DNA of 64,000 bases from Ptychomitrium polyphyllum (lineage: Eukaryota), in NCBI GenBank assembly GCA_973851085.1, contig OZ316775.1:13144001-13208000 (forward strand), read 5' to 3'. How positions within the stretch are numbered: the stretch's first letter is position 1; each line of letters begins with the position of its first letter. Below the pieces are notes generated by a model. That model saw nothing but the letters and a program-made list of their open reading frames with translations. It had not been told where the DNA came from and did no database searches. The translations under genes and the position numbers were made by a program. Positions 1 to 15,200 of this stretch are shown here, piece by piece.

Positions 1-35
1 CTCTAAACTCAATTACAGAGGAAAGAAAAGCACAC

Positions 36-161
36 CTCAGAGCAAGAGATCGTCAAGAGCTGCGAAGTCCCAGCATATTGAAAGTGGTGCTCGGAGACAG
101 TCCTCATAAGCCCATCTTCCCGTTCCCGTTTATTCGATTTCTTCGTCATCTTCTCCGCCAT
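36..161 (-). CDS. First coding exon of a gene running off the left edge; probable METTL23-like (family-16) methyltransferase
   Basis: ATG at 161 gives MAEKMTKKSNKREREDGLMRTVSEHHFQYAGTSQLLTISCSE, then a GT donor at 35-34 and a pyrimidine-rich intron. 'MRTVSEHHF...LTISCSE' resembles, from memory, the N-terminus of plant METTL23-like proteins. The catalytic part is outside the window. Confidence 0.4.
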
Positions 162-479
162 AGCTACATCCTCATTGCAAAACAATAACAGAGCCCAATC
201 CTCGCAAGGACGAGTATATACTAAGGCCCATGAGAGATAATCTTCACCTCTTAGGAAAACCGAAACGAAGCCATTCCAGTTTCGTTCCTTCTTGGGAGCA
301 AGACCCAGCTTCAACCTAGATGAGAGGATGTCAATGTACCTAACCCATAGATTTCAGCTCTTTGCGCGAGCTGAAAGGTGATGAGCCCAAGTTTTTCAGT
401 TCGGCACAATCATGGACCGCGCCCAAGAGCAGGCTTGAGAAGGAATTGCAGACTCGAAGTGGAGATTGTAGGATTCATC

Positions 480-1939
480 ATGGCAGTTTCTTCAGCGCTC
501 TCCTGTAGCGCCTTTGACTGTTTTTTGAGTGCTGGCCCCTCTCGCCCTTTCGTCGTTGGGTTGCCCGGGCATGGACAGCAATGCTGTCCACTCAAGACAG
601 TTCAGATGGTTTCGGATAACCCGTCCTGGGGCAGAGCGAAGCTGACGGTCGGGAGCGGGAGAGTTCAAAGGAGGAGGACGTTGGTGGCAACTGCTGCGGT
701 GAAGGAAGGAGTCGCGGTGGATGCCAATGCTCCTCCGCCTGTCCTCGTCGACACGCTCCTCACTTTGGTACGCCCATCTTCCTCACCTTCTCTTATCTGA
801 TCTCGCAACTTAACGGGGATGCAGAAGCTTTCACTTCTCACAGGACGAGGTTAACTAAACGCAAGCCGTACGCTATGTTGTTTGTTTACCATTTCAAGCG
901 ACAAGTCGCATACATTTTTTACAGGTTAGGATTGGATGTGGTGTGCACGTAGTTTAAGAATATGAGTGCGCACAGCGCTTACACGAAATATTGCAGTTAT
1001 AGACGGTGGAATTCTGTATAGGTGGAGGGCACTGACCGAGGCACACAACTTGGCGAGCCAGAGAAGCGTGCGATTGACGAGATCGTGGCCAAATTGGAGA
1101 TTCTGTGCATCCCGGAGCCTCTTTCCAGTCCCCTGTTATTTGGAGGTATTGCAAATGCCTCTCAACCCTAAACCCCACGAATGGCAAGCTTAACTGGTTA
1201 CGGAATTCAGTTTTGCACTTCCAGCTTGAATTGAAATGTAAATAGTAGATATTAATGTGTCATGAGTTACAGCTCGCCAGGCATTTAGTTGAATGATCTG
1301 GATGTTGAATCGTTGGTTGTGCAAATTGTGGGAGTAAGATTGGGAAGTAGCATACAGCAGCAACCCAACGGCACCAGGCGGGTACTACCGAAGCATGCTT
1401 GGGCGTGCAGTGCTTAAGACCAGAGACATGGTGCAGAGCATCAATGCCCCTGATGGCATCACCAACAAGGTTGCTTTTGCTGCCTTCGGCCTTCTAGACG
1501 GCCAAGTGACATTACAAGGTTTTTGTCTTTCACATCCTCCTTATCACATTCTTCCATCACATTATGCCATTTTTCTCTCATTTGCAGCAGGCAAGTGCAC
1601 TAAATCTTCCATTAGTGTGAATGTAAGTGATTATTAGTGAAAGATTTTAGTGAATTTTTATCAACCACTTTTGAGATCTTTAAAATTTAGCCCTTTTTAT
1701 TCAATAAACTGGTATTTAGGTCTGTTTTTGCACTTGGTGAATGTGCAGGAAAATTGACAGCTTTAGGTAAGAAGTGGGTGGAAGTAGTGTTCGAGCCTCC
1801 GCTAGTAGAGTTAGGATCACTGAAGATACAGTACGGAGGCAGCAGTAATGTAAAGTTAGCAATTCTTTACCTGGATGAGGTTGTGCGGTTAGGCAGGGGC
1901 TCCAGAGGATCGCTTTTCATCTTCAAACGACGCACATGA
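480..1939 (+). CDS. FBN6: Plastid-lipid-associated protein / fibrillin (FBN6/PAP8-like), 4 exons, 260 aa
   Basis: Exons 480-767, 1022-1145, 1339-1518, 1749-1939 (783 nt, in frame, GT-AG). Ser/Ala-rich transit-peptide-like N-terminus. Motifs VEGTDRG, CIPEPLSSPLLFGDWEVAYSSNPTAPGGYYRS, GKLTALGKKWVEVVFEPP, YLDEVVRLGRGSRGSLFIFKRR. Confidence 0.85.
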
Positions 1940-2905
1940 GTACGTCCTCAACCGTTGACGTAGCTGTGAAGTATGTCCATAACTTAGACCCAAGTCATTT
2001 CATAGAGTACGTAAGGGATTGTAACGCGAGCAACAATAGAGTAGTTTTGTATCAGAGATCAGCAGTTGAGGTGGTGCGAGTGGGATATAGGTGAGGATTG
2101 CAGGAACATTATAATCACTTCAGGACGTGTATCGACTACAGTTTCTATGCTTTAAATTCATGATGTGATCAGAATGCCGGCTCCGTGACGCAGAACGGAG
2201 TTGACAACACCCAAATGGAAGTGGACGCGTCCAGCCACGTCGATCGCACAAAACGTCGGCACAGCGGCAGAATCCACTGGACAGTACACTGCGGGATGCG
2301 TCCAGAATTCGATGCGGCATTCTGCTGAATGAGTATCTGCCCATATTCAATCTTGATACAAAAATTGAACTTTTGCGAAAAATTATAGCTTAAAGTAAAT
2401 AGTTACTTTGCCTACTTGGAAATAGATTACTGGTAGGTATAAGTGGTATAGAAGATGTCCAATTCATGTTAAAGCAAGAACAATCGACAAGCATTTTTAA
2501 ATTCCGTAGCCAAACATTAGATTGTCAATGTGAACGACAAGAGAGTACCGCTGCAAGCAGGCGCATATTATAAAAGGATCTCATAAGTAACAAGAAAAAG
2601 GCTTCAATCCGCATTTTAAAATGTTGATTGAAAGTGAAGACTGTAATTTCACTCTCAAACGAAAAGACTACCATCTACAAGTGCTAAGTGAGTATGGCGC
2701 TTACCCGAGTCATAGCTGGACCACAACACCACAGCGTTACAAAAACAAGGCCAATATCACCAGTAGCCTGATTCATGCAACATTTCATAACATTATTCAT
2801 CAACTCTTCAAACGTAAGCCGGATATGCCCTGTACAGTATCAAGAGCACATAATCTTACAGATATGTTTTTTCCCAAAAAGAAAGGGCTGAAGATCTAGA
2901 AGCTT

Positions 2906-6053
<3,148 letters not shown>

Positions 6054-6168
6054 GTCTAGTGCGAGCAAAGCCTGCGAAACTGCCGCAAACTACTAGCAAG
6101 AAAAGCTCTCCAAACTAGTACAAACCTCGCCCGAGCTTCACATTTGCTGCAGCGAGTGTGGACATCAA

Positions 6169-6174
6169 CTTATA
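6169..6174 (-). promoter_or_regulatory. Candidate TATA box of enolase (TATAAG)
   Basis: About 116 bp upstream of the enolase ATG, followed by a pyrimidine-rich leader. Confidence 0.5.
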
Positions 6175-6448
6175 GAGCGCAGCCCCAGTTCCACACCATA
6201 ACTGCTGTGTGCGTGGATGAGCCTATAGGGAGGTGGATGAAGTTTGGATGGTAGTCATCCACGTCGTCAGCGTCGCGGCCATTGCGAAGGGACAGGGGCC
6301 ACATGGCTGCCCCTCGGCGCTGTGGTGACTTGTTTGCGTTGCTCTCTTGGCACTTTACAAAGGCAGGCCCCCCTATGACCGTGCACTGGAGGTTGACTTG
6401 GTTCGTTGGTTGATTTTATAGTCCGTTGGTAGATTAGTTAGTCAATTG

Positions 6449-6527
6449 GTTGGTTCGTTGGTTCGTTGGTTCGTTGGTTCGTTGGTTCGTTGGTTCGTTG
6501 GTTCGTTGGTTCGTTGGTTCGTTGGTT
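6449..6527. repeat. Tandem 8-mer (GTTGGTTC)9 plus partial copy upstream of enolase
   Basis: Nine perfect units at 6449-6520, GTTGGTT at 6521-6527, and a further fragment near 6398-6411. Confidence 0.95.
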
Positions 6528-7099
6528 GCAGAGGGTGGGGTCATGGGGTCGTGGGAGAAAGGGCAAATTGCAGAACATGGGACATGCCTGAAGGGTGCTT
6601 GGAGATGCTTATTTTCTTCTTTCGCAACTTCGAGCTGGGGTACTTTTGAGGGATATTTTCTGTGGGCTTGGGGGTGACCGGGAGCAAAGAGGGGCAATGG
6701 GGTGTGCCCGTTTCAGACCATCGACCCGTTTTAACACTCCCTGCGTTTCTGCGTCCACAGGTTTGTCCCCTACACCATCTGCCAGGTCAGCAAGGTTTAA
6801 CAGCTCAGGTGGATGAATGTAATTTTCCTGTTCACGGAGCCTGTCGCCTACACGGGGATATAAACTTTTGATTTGATTTCTTGGTGGTCATATTCCCAAA
6901 CCAACAACACCCAACAGATTCACTGCTTGCATGCAACTTTCATGCAACAACGATACCAATCTTCTCATACCTGAATGCTAGATTTTCGTTTTTCAACCAT
7001 CTGTGGGGTAGCTTAATGTAAAGTGTAGCACACGTCGTTGGATTGAATACATTGCTATTTCCTTGTGTAAGTTGGATTGCGCAAGTTGTATATAAATTG

Positions 7100-7492
7100 G
7101 AATTCTTATGGATTGTTAAAGATTCATGAGATTTTTTTTTGTCAGCACCTTCATTATTATCATTAAGGAGGTTTTGAGAAAATATTTAATTTAAACAAAA
7201 CATTCAACTAATTCAATGAAAGGAATATGGAACCACCTTCTATCTAGATGTTAAATTTGTCTAGAAGTTTGTTTGCTTCCATGACAACTTAATATGCTAA
7301 ATTACTTTGGACATGCCTTATATTTAAAAATGATGGATTATAGTGCTTTATCATTTTTTTTCAAGATTGCCAATTTCTTCATTCTTCTCTCGTTTTGTCA
7401 TTTTTATAGATACAAATGAACAATAACAAAAAAATTACATTTATAATATTGTCTCAAAGAATCAAATAGATTATATACGAAAAAATATAAAT

Positions 7493-7529
<37 letters not shown>

Positions 7530-9300
7530 CTAATTTTTTAATATTTATTTGATTGATATACAAGATTGAAAAAAACACATAAATTATAACAATAAAAATT
7601 AGTATTCAACTCTTAATTATTTTAATCATTTAATCTATTGCATGTTTCTACCAATTAATTAATCAACATTTAGATTTTATTTTTTTTATTCTTTAAATAT
7701 CTGATAATATTGATAATATTGGATGGTTGAATAAAAGTGGCTTGACTGTGATTATTAAATATGAAGGTACTTTTGTAACCATCTTATTTATTCTCTCAAT
7801 ATTTGAAAAATTTATACTTATCAATATATTGAGCCTTGGAATTAATTAAAAGCTTTGTTAAATTAATGTATAGATCTTTATATGACAAGTCTTTTTTATG
7901 TAGCATATTTTTTTGAACAAATTGAATGAAATGGAAAGTTTCTAATGCTTACATGGTTTTTTTCCTAAACAAACAAATTTATAAATGATTTATTTATTAA
8001 TTTAAAGAAAACTTTAGAAATTTACAAAAATTTAATGTGGAATTCTTTGCTATTTTATAGCTATTACATATCAAGGTATTTATTTTAAAGGATATTTATT
8101 AGGAACAAGTTATTTTTACTTTATTTACTACATAATTAAGTTAGTTAAATTGATGATATAAACATTGTATATAAATCTTGTTTAAGAGTGTTGCATTATA
8201 TTTAAACTAAAAGTTTTTTGAATATAAAATTAAAATTTGAATAAATTCTATGCATTAATTGATGTGTTCAAAGTTATATATATATATATTATTTTTTAAT
8301 TTTTTTAATTTTTTTAAATTTAAAAAAAAAAAATAATTTAAAATTCAAATGATTAAAGAGATTCATGATTTTATTTTGAATATCCATATCAAGTCAACCG
8401 ACTAAAATTGGCTTATAAATATTGATCAACAAAATTTGTCAATATTAATTAAATATTAAATTATGAATGATGAAATATCTTTTTATAATTATATGGTAAA
8501 TCTTCAAGTGGCTTAGTAGAATAGAAGCCATAGTAATACAAAATATATAAAGAAACCAATATATATAATAAATTTATACACATAATGTTCTGTGATATAA
8601 TAAGTAGATAATCATCTAAAAAGAATAACATTTAAAAAAAAGTTATACAAATGGGACTTACTACATGATAGGAAATTGTTGGAAATGAACATTTTCAATT
8701 AGTCCACACAAGCTAGTGATTGTGTGGAAGTTAAAAGAAGAATTAAAGAAAAAAATCATAAGAGTGGAACTTTACATTGGAAGAAGTTAAAAATACCTTA
8801 GATCAACCTTTTTACATTGATGTTGATTAGAATCTACATGTCATTGAGATAAAGTGATATGGCACATTGGATGTAGTCAAATACTACTAAATACTATTGT
8901 TTAGAAGTTCATAAAGTGGAAAAATAAAGTACAAGAAAGAAAAAGCATAATGCTATATAGAAAAAACTATGGAACTTCTTGTGCTTGTTGAGCAGAATGG
9001 CTTTAAGTTTTGAGGTTGCTATAGAATTCCAACTTGTCCAAAGCAAAGTGAAAATTTGTTTGTTTTTGAAAGGTACAACTATAAAGACTCCAATATCTCT
9101 TTTATATATTGGATATTCAAATCTTTGATTTCTTAGTATATCTTTTTAAAAATAATTTAACACAAAATAGACATAATATGCTTTAGTAATTACTTTAAGC
9201 ACCTTCTATTAAAAAAACTTAAGGTATTGTTAAAATCTTTTTCAAGTGAAAATTGAAAGAGTTTATGTGTTAAATCATCAAACTAGACTTAATCTCTAGG
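7100..9300. other. Very AT-rich intergenic block with (TA)n at about 7494-7529; probably decayed TE DNA
   Basis: Abrupt composition shift, no ORFs in the track, no recognisable domain. Confidence 0.45.
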
Positions 9301-11585
9301 CATTTGCTTCCACAATCCCTTTATTAGCATATATTCTTGCTCTCCTCCTCTCCAAGATGAGGGTGGGCTGCTTGAATGTACCTCATTGCTAAAGATGTTA
9401 AGGATGCGAGTACCTCATTGCTTGCAGCCAAAGCATTGAAATAAAAATCCAGAGAGGTATTTGGTAGGCATTGGGTACCCACTTAACAAAGGGATGTTTG
9501 ACACGACTGCTATTCTCACGATCCAAGTGATTGGCCTACTATGAACTGGTGACATCACAATGCACCAGATGACATTACAGTCCCTATAAATTACCTGCAT
9601 ATCAGGCTAAAGTACCCAAGGGAACCCAAATCAGTCACACAGGGTAGAGATGTAAAGACTCACCAAACCCCAGATTCCATGGTGAATTTAGACCGCGATC
9701 TTCAACATCCTGTACAGTACAGTAATATGGTAATACAACAATAACAATGTCCTGAAAGGCTGAAGCTAAGACCTGCCTGCTCTAGGACTCAGACACGCCG
9801 CAGTACGTGACAACTGAATGAATAACATAGAGGTTTCCTCCTCCCAGTCATCCAGACTCTTACTGCAAAGATACAGAGTTTACAGTTCATGTCAAGTGAA
9901 GCTACAACTGTGTTGATTTCCAACCGTTCACCAAGTTAGTCTGGTGTTCAGAGGAAGGTGTTGAGAAGGGTTTTTATCTTTGAAGATCTGGTGTCGTAGG
10001 GAGTGGGTAAGGGTTGCGAAATTTTAGTTTATGTGGCATTTGTGTTTGTTGTGTCAAAGTTGCTTGTGAAGGATCAGTTCGGTTTCAACAGAGTTTAGGT
10101 TATAGCAATGCAGGTTTTGGGAGGTCTGTCAGAGTTTTTAAGCCGGGGGGAGTTTGATAACCGCGTTGCTGAAATGACTAGCGAAGCTGTGGGTTCTTCT
10201 GTGTACGTCTGTCCATTATGTTTTTCTCGCAGATAAAACTTCAGATCGTCGATTGCAATTTTAAAATAATAATGTGACAGCCTCCTGACTCCGATGAACA
10301 GTGCATGTGTTGAATTCTGCCACAGCTATATGATTGCCATTTGAAACCTTCTGTTACACACCTTTGTCTACCTTGTTATGATGTCCGCTGTATCCCCAGC
10401 TGGCCATCTGTGCCTAAGTTATGTCCTATCCCTTGTAAGTTACTACAACTGCAACATAACGGTGACTTTGTTTTTAGCTTTTCTTGTCCTGCTGCTTCAA
10501 AGTCATGAGTTGCAGGTATATCAAGCATTGCAAGCATTGCAAATTTGTAAGTATCTGGGGCTTTTGATACCGGTTATGTCATGACTTACATGATAATGGT
10601 ACTTGTAAAGAAAAGTAACCATGTATGTTGATCATTGGAAGGAATTTTCTAGAGCTTGAGTACTGTTCCTACATTCTCTACTGGTCATGCTTCATCAGTC
10701 CATGAATATTATCTTTAGCCCAGTGCTGCCCTATCATCCAGCTTGTGGATGATGAATAGATTCAAACTAGCCCCTTTGATATCGGTAGTTACTATTTTTG
10801 TCTTGAACAGTTTGGATTTCTGCAACAATTTCATATTGAAGGGCATGTTTAGCAACAATTTATGTTAACATCTTTCTCTATTTGGTACTTTCCTTTTCCT
10901 TTTTCTTGTTATTCAGTCCATTCTATGAAGTTCCAAGCACTAGTGTATGGTATTATTGAACTACATTTTTGGGCCATTTTATGTTACCTTATTGTCATGT
11001 AGATCCCAAAACAAAATTTCAAGGGAAAAAAACTTGTTTCCAAGTAATCCTTGCTATTCCTGTAGCTTCCTTTCATGTGGCAACCATTAGCTTGTGTGAA
11101 CCAATGTTTATTTACAAGGATTTCACACTGCACAACTTCGTGTAGATGAATAAGTATTATAACATTCAATTGAAAAATAGAAAAAGAATGAGAGAGGTAA
11201 TGGAAGGTTAAAAGGACGTTTCAACCCCACTCAATAAGGACGTACCTATTACTGCTTTCCAAGCCTACTGACCATGCAGAAATACAGACACAAATTTTCA
11301 AAATTTTGCAATGACCCTTAACTTCTCCGACACCAGAATGACAAGATCATCACGACTTCAGGAAGACAACTTGCTAGATTGAAAAAAACATGCATGTTCA
11401 AAATCTTCACCGTATCAAAACCGGCACCATCCTATAAAAACATAGCATGATATTACGACAAGGATGAACCTAATGTAGATTTTTGCATATGTTGCCATTT
11501 TCAAATCCACACATTTCATAGATTCAAATATGCTTCGATTCTCGTAGATTTTAGTTGGTAGGCAACCATTCTAGATCTAGGAAAA

Positions 11586-11628
11586 GAACGTGTCCGGTAA
11601 AGGAACGTGTCCGGTAAAGGAACGTGTC
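11586..11628. promoter_or_regulatory. 17-bp tandem repeat (GAACGTGTCCGGTAAAG, 2.5 copies) carrying three ABRE cores (ACGTGTC)
   Basis: Units 11586-11602, 11603-11619 and partial 11620-11628. ACGTGKC is the established ABRE consensus. Confidence 0.7.
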
Positions 11629-12044
11629 AGGACGAGTGTGGTTGCCTTCCTGCGTTTGAAAAGAGGTAAGCGGGTACAGTAATTTAGTGGAAGATCGGCG
11701 GAAGAGTTTGGATTGCGCAAGCGGGGTAACTTTTACCGTTTTGGAGCGCGCTGTTACTTTAGCAGCAACGAGCTTCAATGTCGGACGACACAGAGCGAGA
11801 GCCTGCGAGAGAGACGAGAGAGACGAGTGAGACGAGTGAGACGAGCAAGACTGGGAACAAGCTCAGCTCATGCGGAGGACCAGGCTACGCTCGGATGCGC
11901 GGGTGCACCACGCGCGGCTCCGTTCCAGCTGACAGGCCATCTTTCTTGCGCCCTTCAATCCGGAGCGAGCGCCATTGAGGGCGAGGATGTCATCAACGCA
12001 AACGGCATTCAAACCGGTGCGGAACTGAGGGAGTTCTCGAATTC

Positions 12045-12052
12045 TAGGGTTT
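12045..12052 (-). promoter_or_regulatory. Telo-box (AAACCCTA) upstream of NEDD1
   Basis: TAGGGTTT on +, about 240 bp upstream of the NEDD1 ATG. Telo-boxes are typical of plant proliferation and translation gene promoters. Confidence 0.5.
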
Positions 12053-12290
12053 CAAGGGGGACGGAAATGGGACGAGCGAGGGAAGCATGGAGGAGGAGCT
12101 CATAAGTGCGAGCGATTGTGGCGCGTGCGCTCTGTGACGGCGAGCTGAGAGTAGTCATGGAGGTGAGGGTTGGAAGGTGCGTGCAGGACTGGAGTGAGTT
12201 GGCGTGAGGTTTTTTTTTGTGCGGAATGCGGTGGTGTGGAGATCGAGGAGCGCGCTAGCGGAAGTAGTTAGGTTTACAGGCGATTGAGCA

Positions 12291-15200
12291 ATGGCGCAGG
12301 GGATGTCGCTGCTGGCGGCGTGCGGAGGCGAAACAGTGAAGCTGTTTGATGTGTCTATTGAGACAGGGGACCCTTGCACGTTCCAGTACATTCCTTCTCC
12401 GGGCTACCAAGTCAATTGCGCGCGATGGAACCATACCAGTAAGTTTGATACAACCTTCGCCGTCGACGTTTTGAATGATCTTAGTTCGCGCGCGGATCAA
12501 GAATCACAATTTTAGGTCGACAGTGAAAGTTCGGTGGTCTGGTGAGTGAGAGGCTGGAGGGCTTAATGGCATAACTGGACTATCTGTTGGACGTTTGAGG
12601 ACTTTGCGGCAGTGAGGTGCTGTCTGGTTTTGTAAGCATTTTGTTTGGAGTGAAGAGAAATGCATTTGAATTCTCGTGTTTTTTAAAGTTCAAATTACTA
12701 GTTGGAAAATGTAGCTGTGAAAGGTCCAGCTGTTGTGATTTAGAGTAGAGGCAAACAATATGTTTATTGTAGGTTGTATCACCGGATTCATCCTTGAAGG
12801 CTGGTATCAGATGGAGAGCATTCGATACGGTTTTATGTACGAATTTAAATAGCTATTGGTCAAAACTTCACGAGGTATTCTGGTCTGCGAATATACCATT
12901 TGAGGTATCTAAGAATGACGTAGTGGGATATTGGATGGATACAGTCTGCATTTGGATTGCTGGTATAGATCAGTGGTTCATTCCATACGAAAACTCAACG
13001 TAGAGATGTTAACCTGCTCGGCTTTGCGGCTTCAGTTGTTATGGAGAGAGCCAGGCTTCAAAGTGGACATCCATGAGTTTCATTTTCCGTTTCAGCTGGA
13101 ATGAACATAGTTCTATGATGTGTAGGAGTTGCTGTGGGATGGTTTTTGGTGACTAATGTTTTAGGACTGTATCTAAACTAGTGATTGCGCTCTATAATGA
13201 GAAAAAAACTAGTAATTCGTCGTCATGTGGATGGCAGTAAGTTAGACTTTTGTAAGTCACTAGTACTGGAGTTTACTTGTCGGTAGAAACCAACCATGAT
13301 AGAGGCATATCGTGCCAAGGGATTCTTTTACTTCTATGCCTTTTCGGATAGTGCGCATGACAGAAATGCACAGAAAGCTGGAAATTCACTAGGGTAGGTG
13401 TCAAGTTTCATGTGAATCAGTAAGTGGAGTTTAAGATCATTATTTCGAGGGTATTATAGAAGCATGCCATTGCCAAGTATAGAAACCACATGATGATGTG
13501 CTAGACATGAAAGTGGATGACTTAAAGGACAGATTTGAAGAATAGTATGCAATTGTTTTGAGAGAGGTACCATTTTATTCAGAAGAGAGAAATGTATACT
13601 CTTACATGTCTCACGATCTCCCTCACTCAAGAGTCATTGCATAAAGTTGGTTTCGGGGACTCATAGATATGATGAAGTTGTTTACTCCAGGTGCTTTACG
13701 AATCCCAATAGATCCCTCTTGTACTTGTCTTTCAGAGCAGCTTTTTATATGTAAATTCAACTCAGATGCTTGCTGGCGATCTCTTAGGCTGCATATGAAT
13801 TTAATTGCGTAAGACGCAAAAATACGCCCATTATCATTTACTTTCCTTTATAATGGGAGCATTTTGGGATGCTCCAAAAAGCAATCATGCATTGAAATAA
13901 TAGGTTGAACTTTTGGTTTCACCATATATATTTAGACCAAAGAAACCATCGGTATGGCACGCTTTGAATCAGATCATAATGGGTCTTCATTTGGTAGTTT
14001 TTGGCTACCAGAATTCTAAACTGTCTGTTTTGCAGATTTGGTGGTTGCAAGTGCTGGAGAAGATTGCAAGATCTCTCTATGGATGAAAAATGGTCAGACA
14101 GTAGGTGTCGTGCCTGAACCTGGTGGAGAAGCTGATGACAACATTGATGTAAGTTCTCAAGTCAGTGTTCCTTCATGCTCTGGTTTCAGAACTAGTGGGT
14201 TTTTGTTTGCTTATGAAAAGAGGACTTGACATGTGATGCTTTGTAAAAGTTACAGCATATTATTAGAGCATGTTTGTAACAAAGCGTGATCTGGCTGGCA
14301 GTCCACATACTGTACCATAGATTGGAGCGAAGAGTTTGATTCTTGGGCGCGTAACTGCTTTTGTTTATACCGCAGGAGTCGATTTTGGGAATTTGTTTCA
14401 GCAGTAAAGGTTCCCGGTACCTTGGTTCAGGTGGAACCGGAAAGATTGTGCGTGTGTGGGATTTGCAAAGGAGGAGATGTATTAAGTGGTTGAAGGGCCA
14501 CACCGATACTATCACTGGTGTTATGTACAACTGTAGAGATGAACACTTGGCTTCCATAAGCATGAAGGGTGACTTGATCATCCACAACCTTGCATCAGGA
14601 ACCAAAGCAGCAGAGCTTAAAGATCCTCATAATCAGGTGTGAAAATATTTCTGCTTATCACACCTTTTTGTAATTTCAAATCATGCGGGACTATCTCGAT
14701 GACATCATGTTATTCAATTGAAACAGGTTCTCAGAGTTATGGAGTACTCTCGATTGGGTAGACACCTGCTACTGACTGCTGGTGACGACGGCACTGTCCA
14801 CTTGTGGGACACCACTTCACGTAGTCCCAAGGCAGGTCAATTCTTGTCTCTTCCTCTTCACTCGTTTGTCAAGATTCGTGCTTTAAATTCTTTTGTAAGC
14901 ATCCGTATCATAACTGTCTCGTACAACCGAATGTTGGAATGTTTTTGTCAAGTTTACATGTTTTGACCGATATTCCTTTCCTTATTGTTACGTCTTCGAT
15001 GTGCATTATTCTCGTTTAGCAGAAGAGAATGTGGTGTTATTTGGTATCTAGAAATTTTAAGAACCAAGATTGTTTGTTGTACCTCTTATCTTTCTCAATT
15101 ATTGAGTTTTGGTGTCTTAAGCATGAAGTCACACCCTTCTTCTAGTGTGAACTAATATTGCACTGGAGCAAGTCAATTCAATTATTGTTAACAGTAACTT

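Noticed and set aside
6434..6697. ORFs with periodic peptides (GSLVRWFV / TNEPTNQR) and a CRISPR-like look
   Set aside because: Translation of the 8-bp tandem repeat; there are no spacers and the context is eukaryotic.
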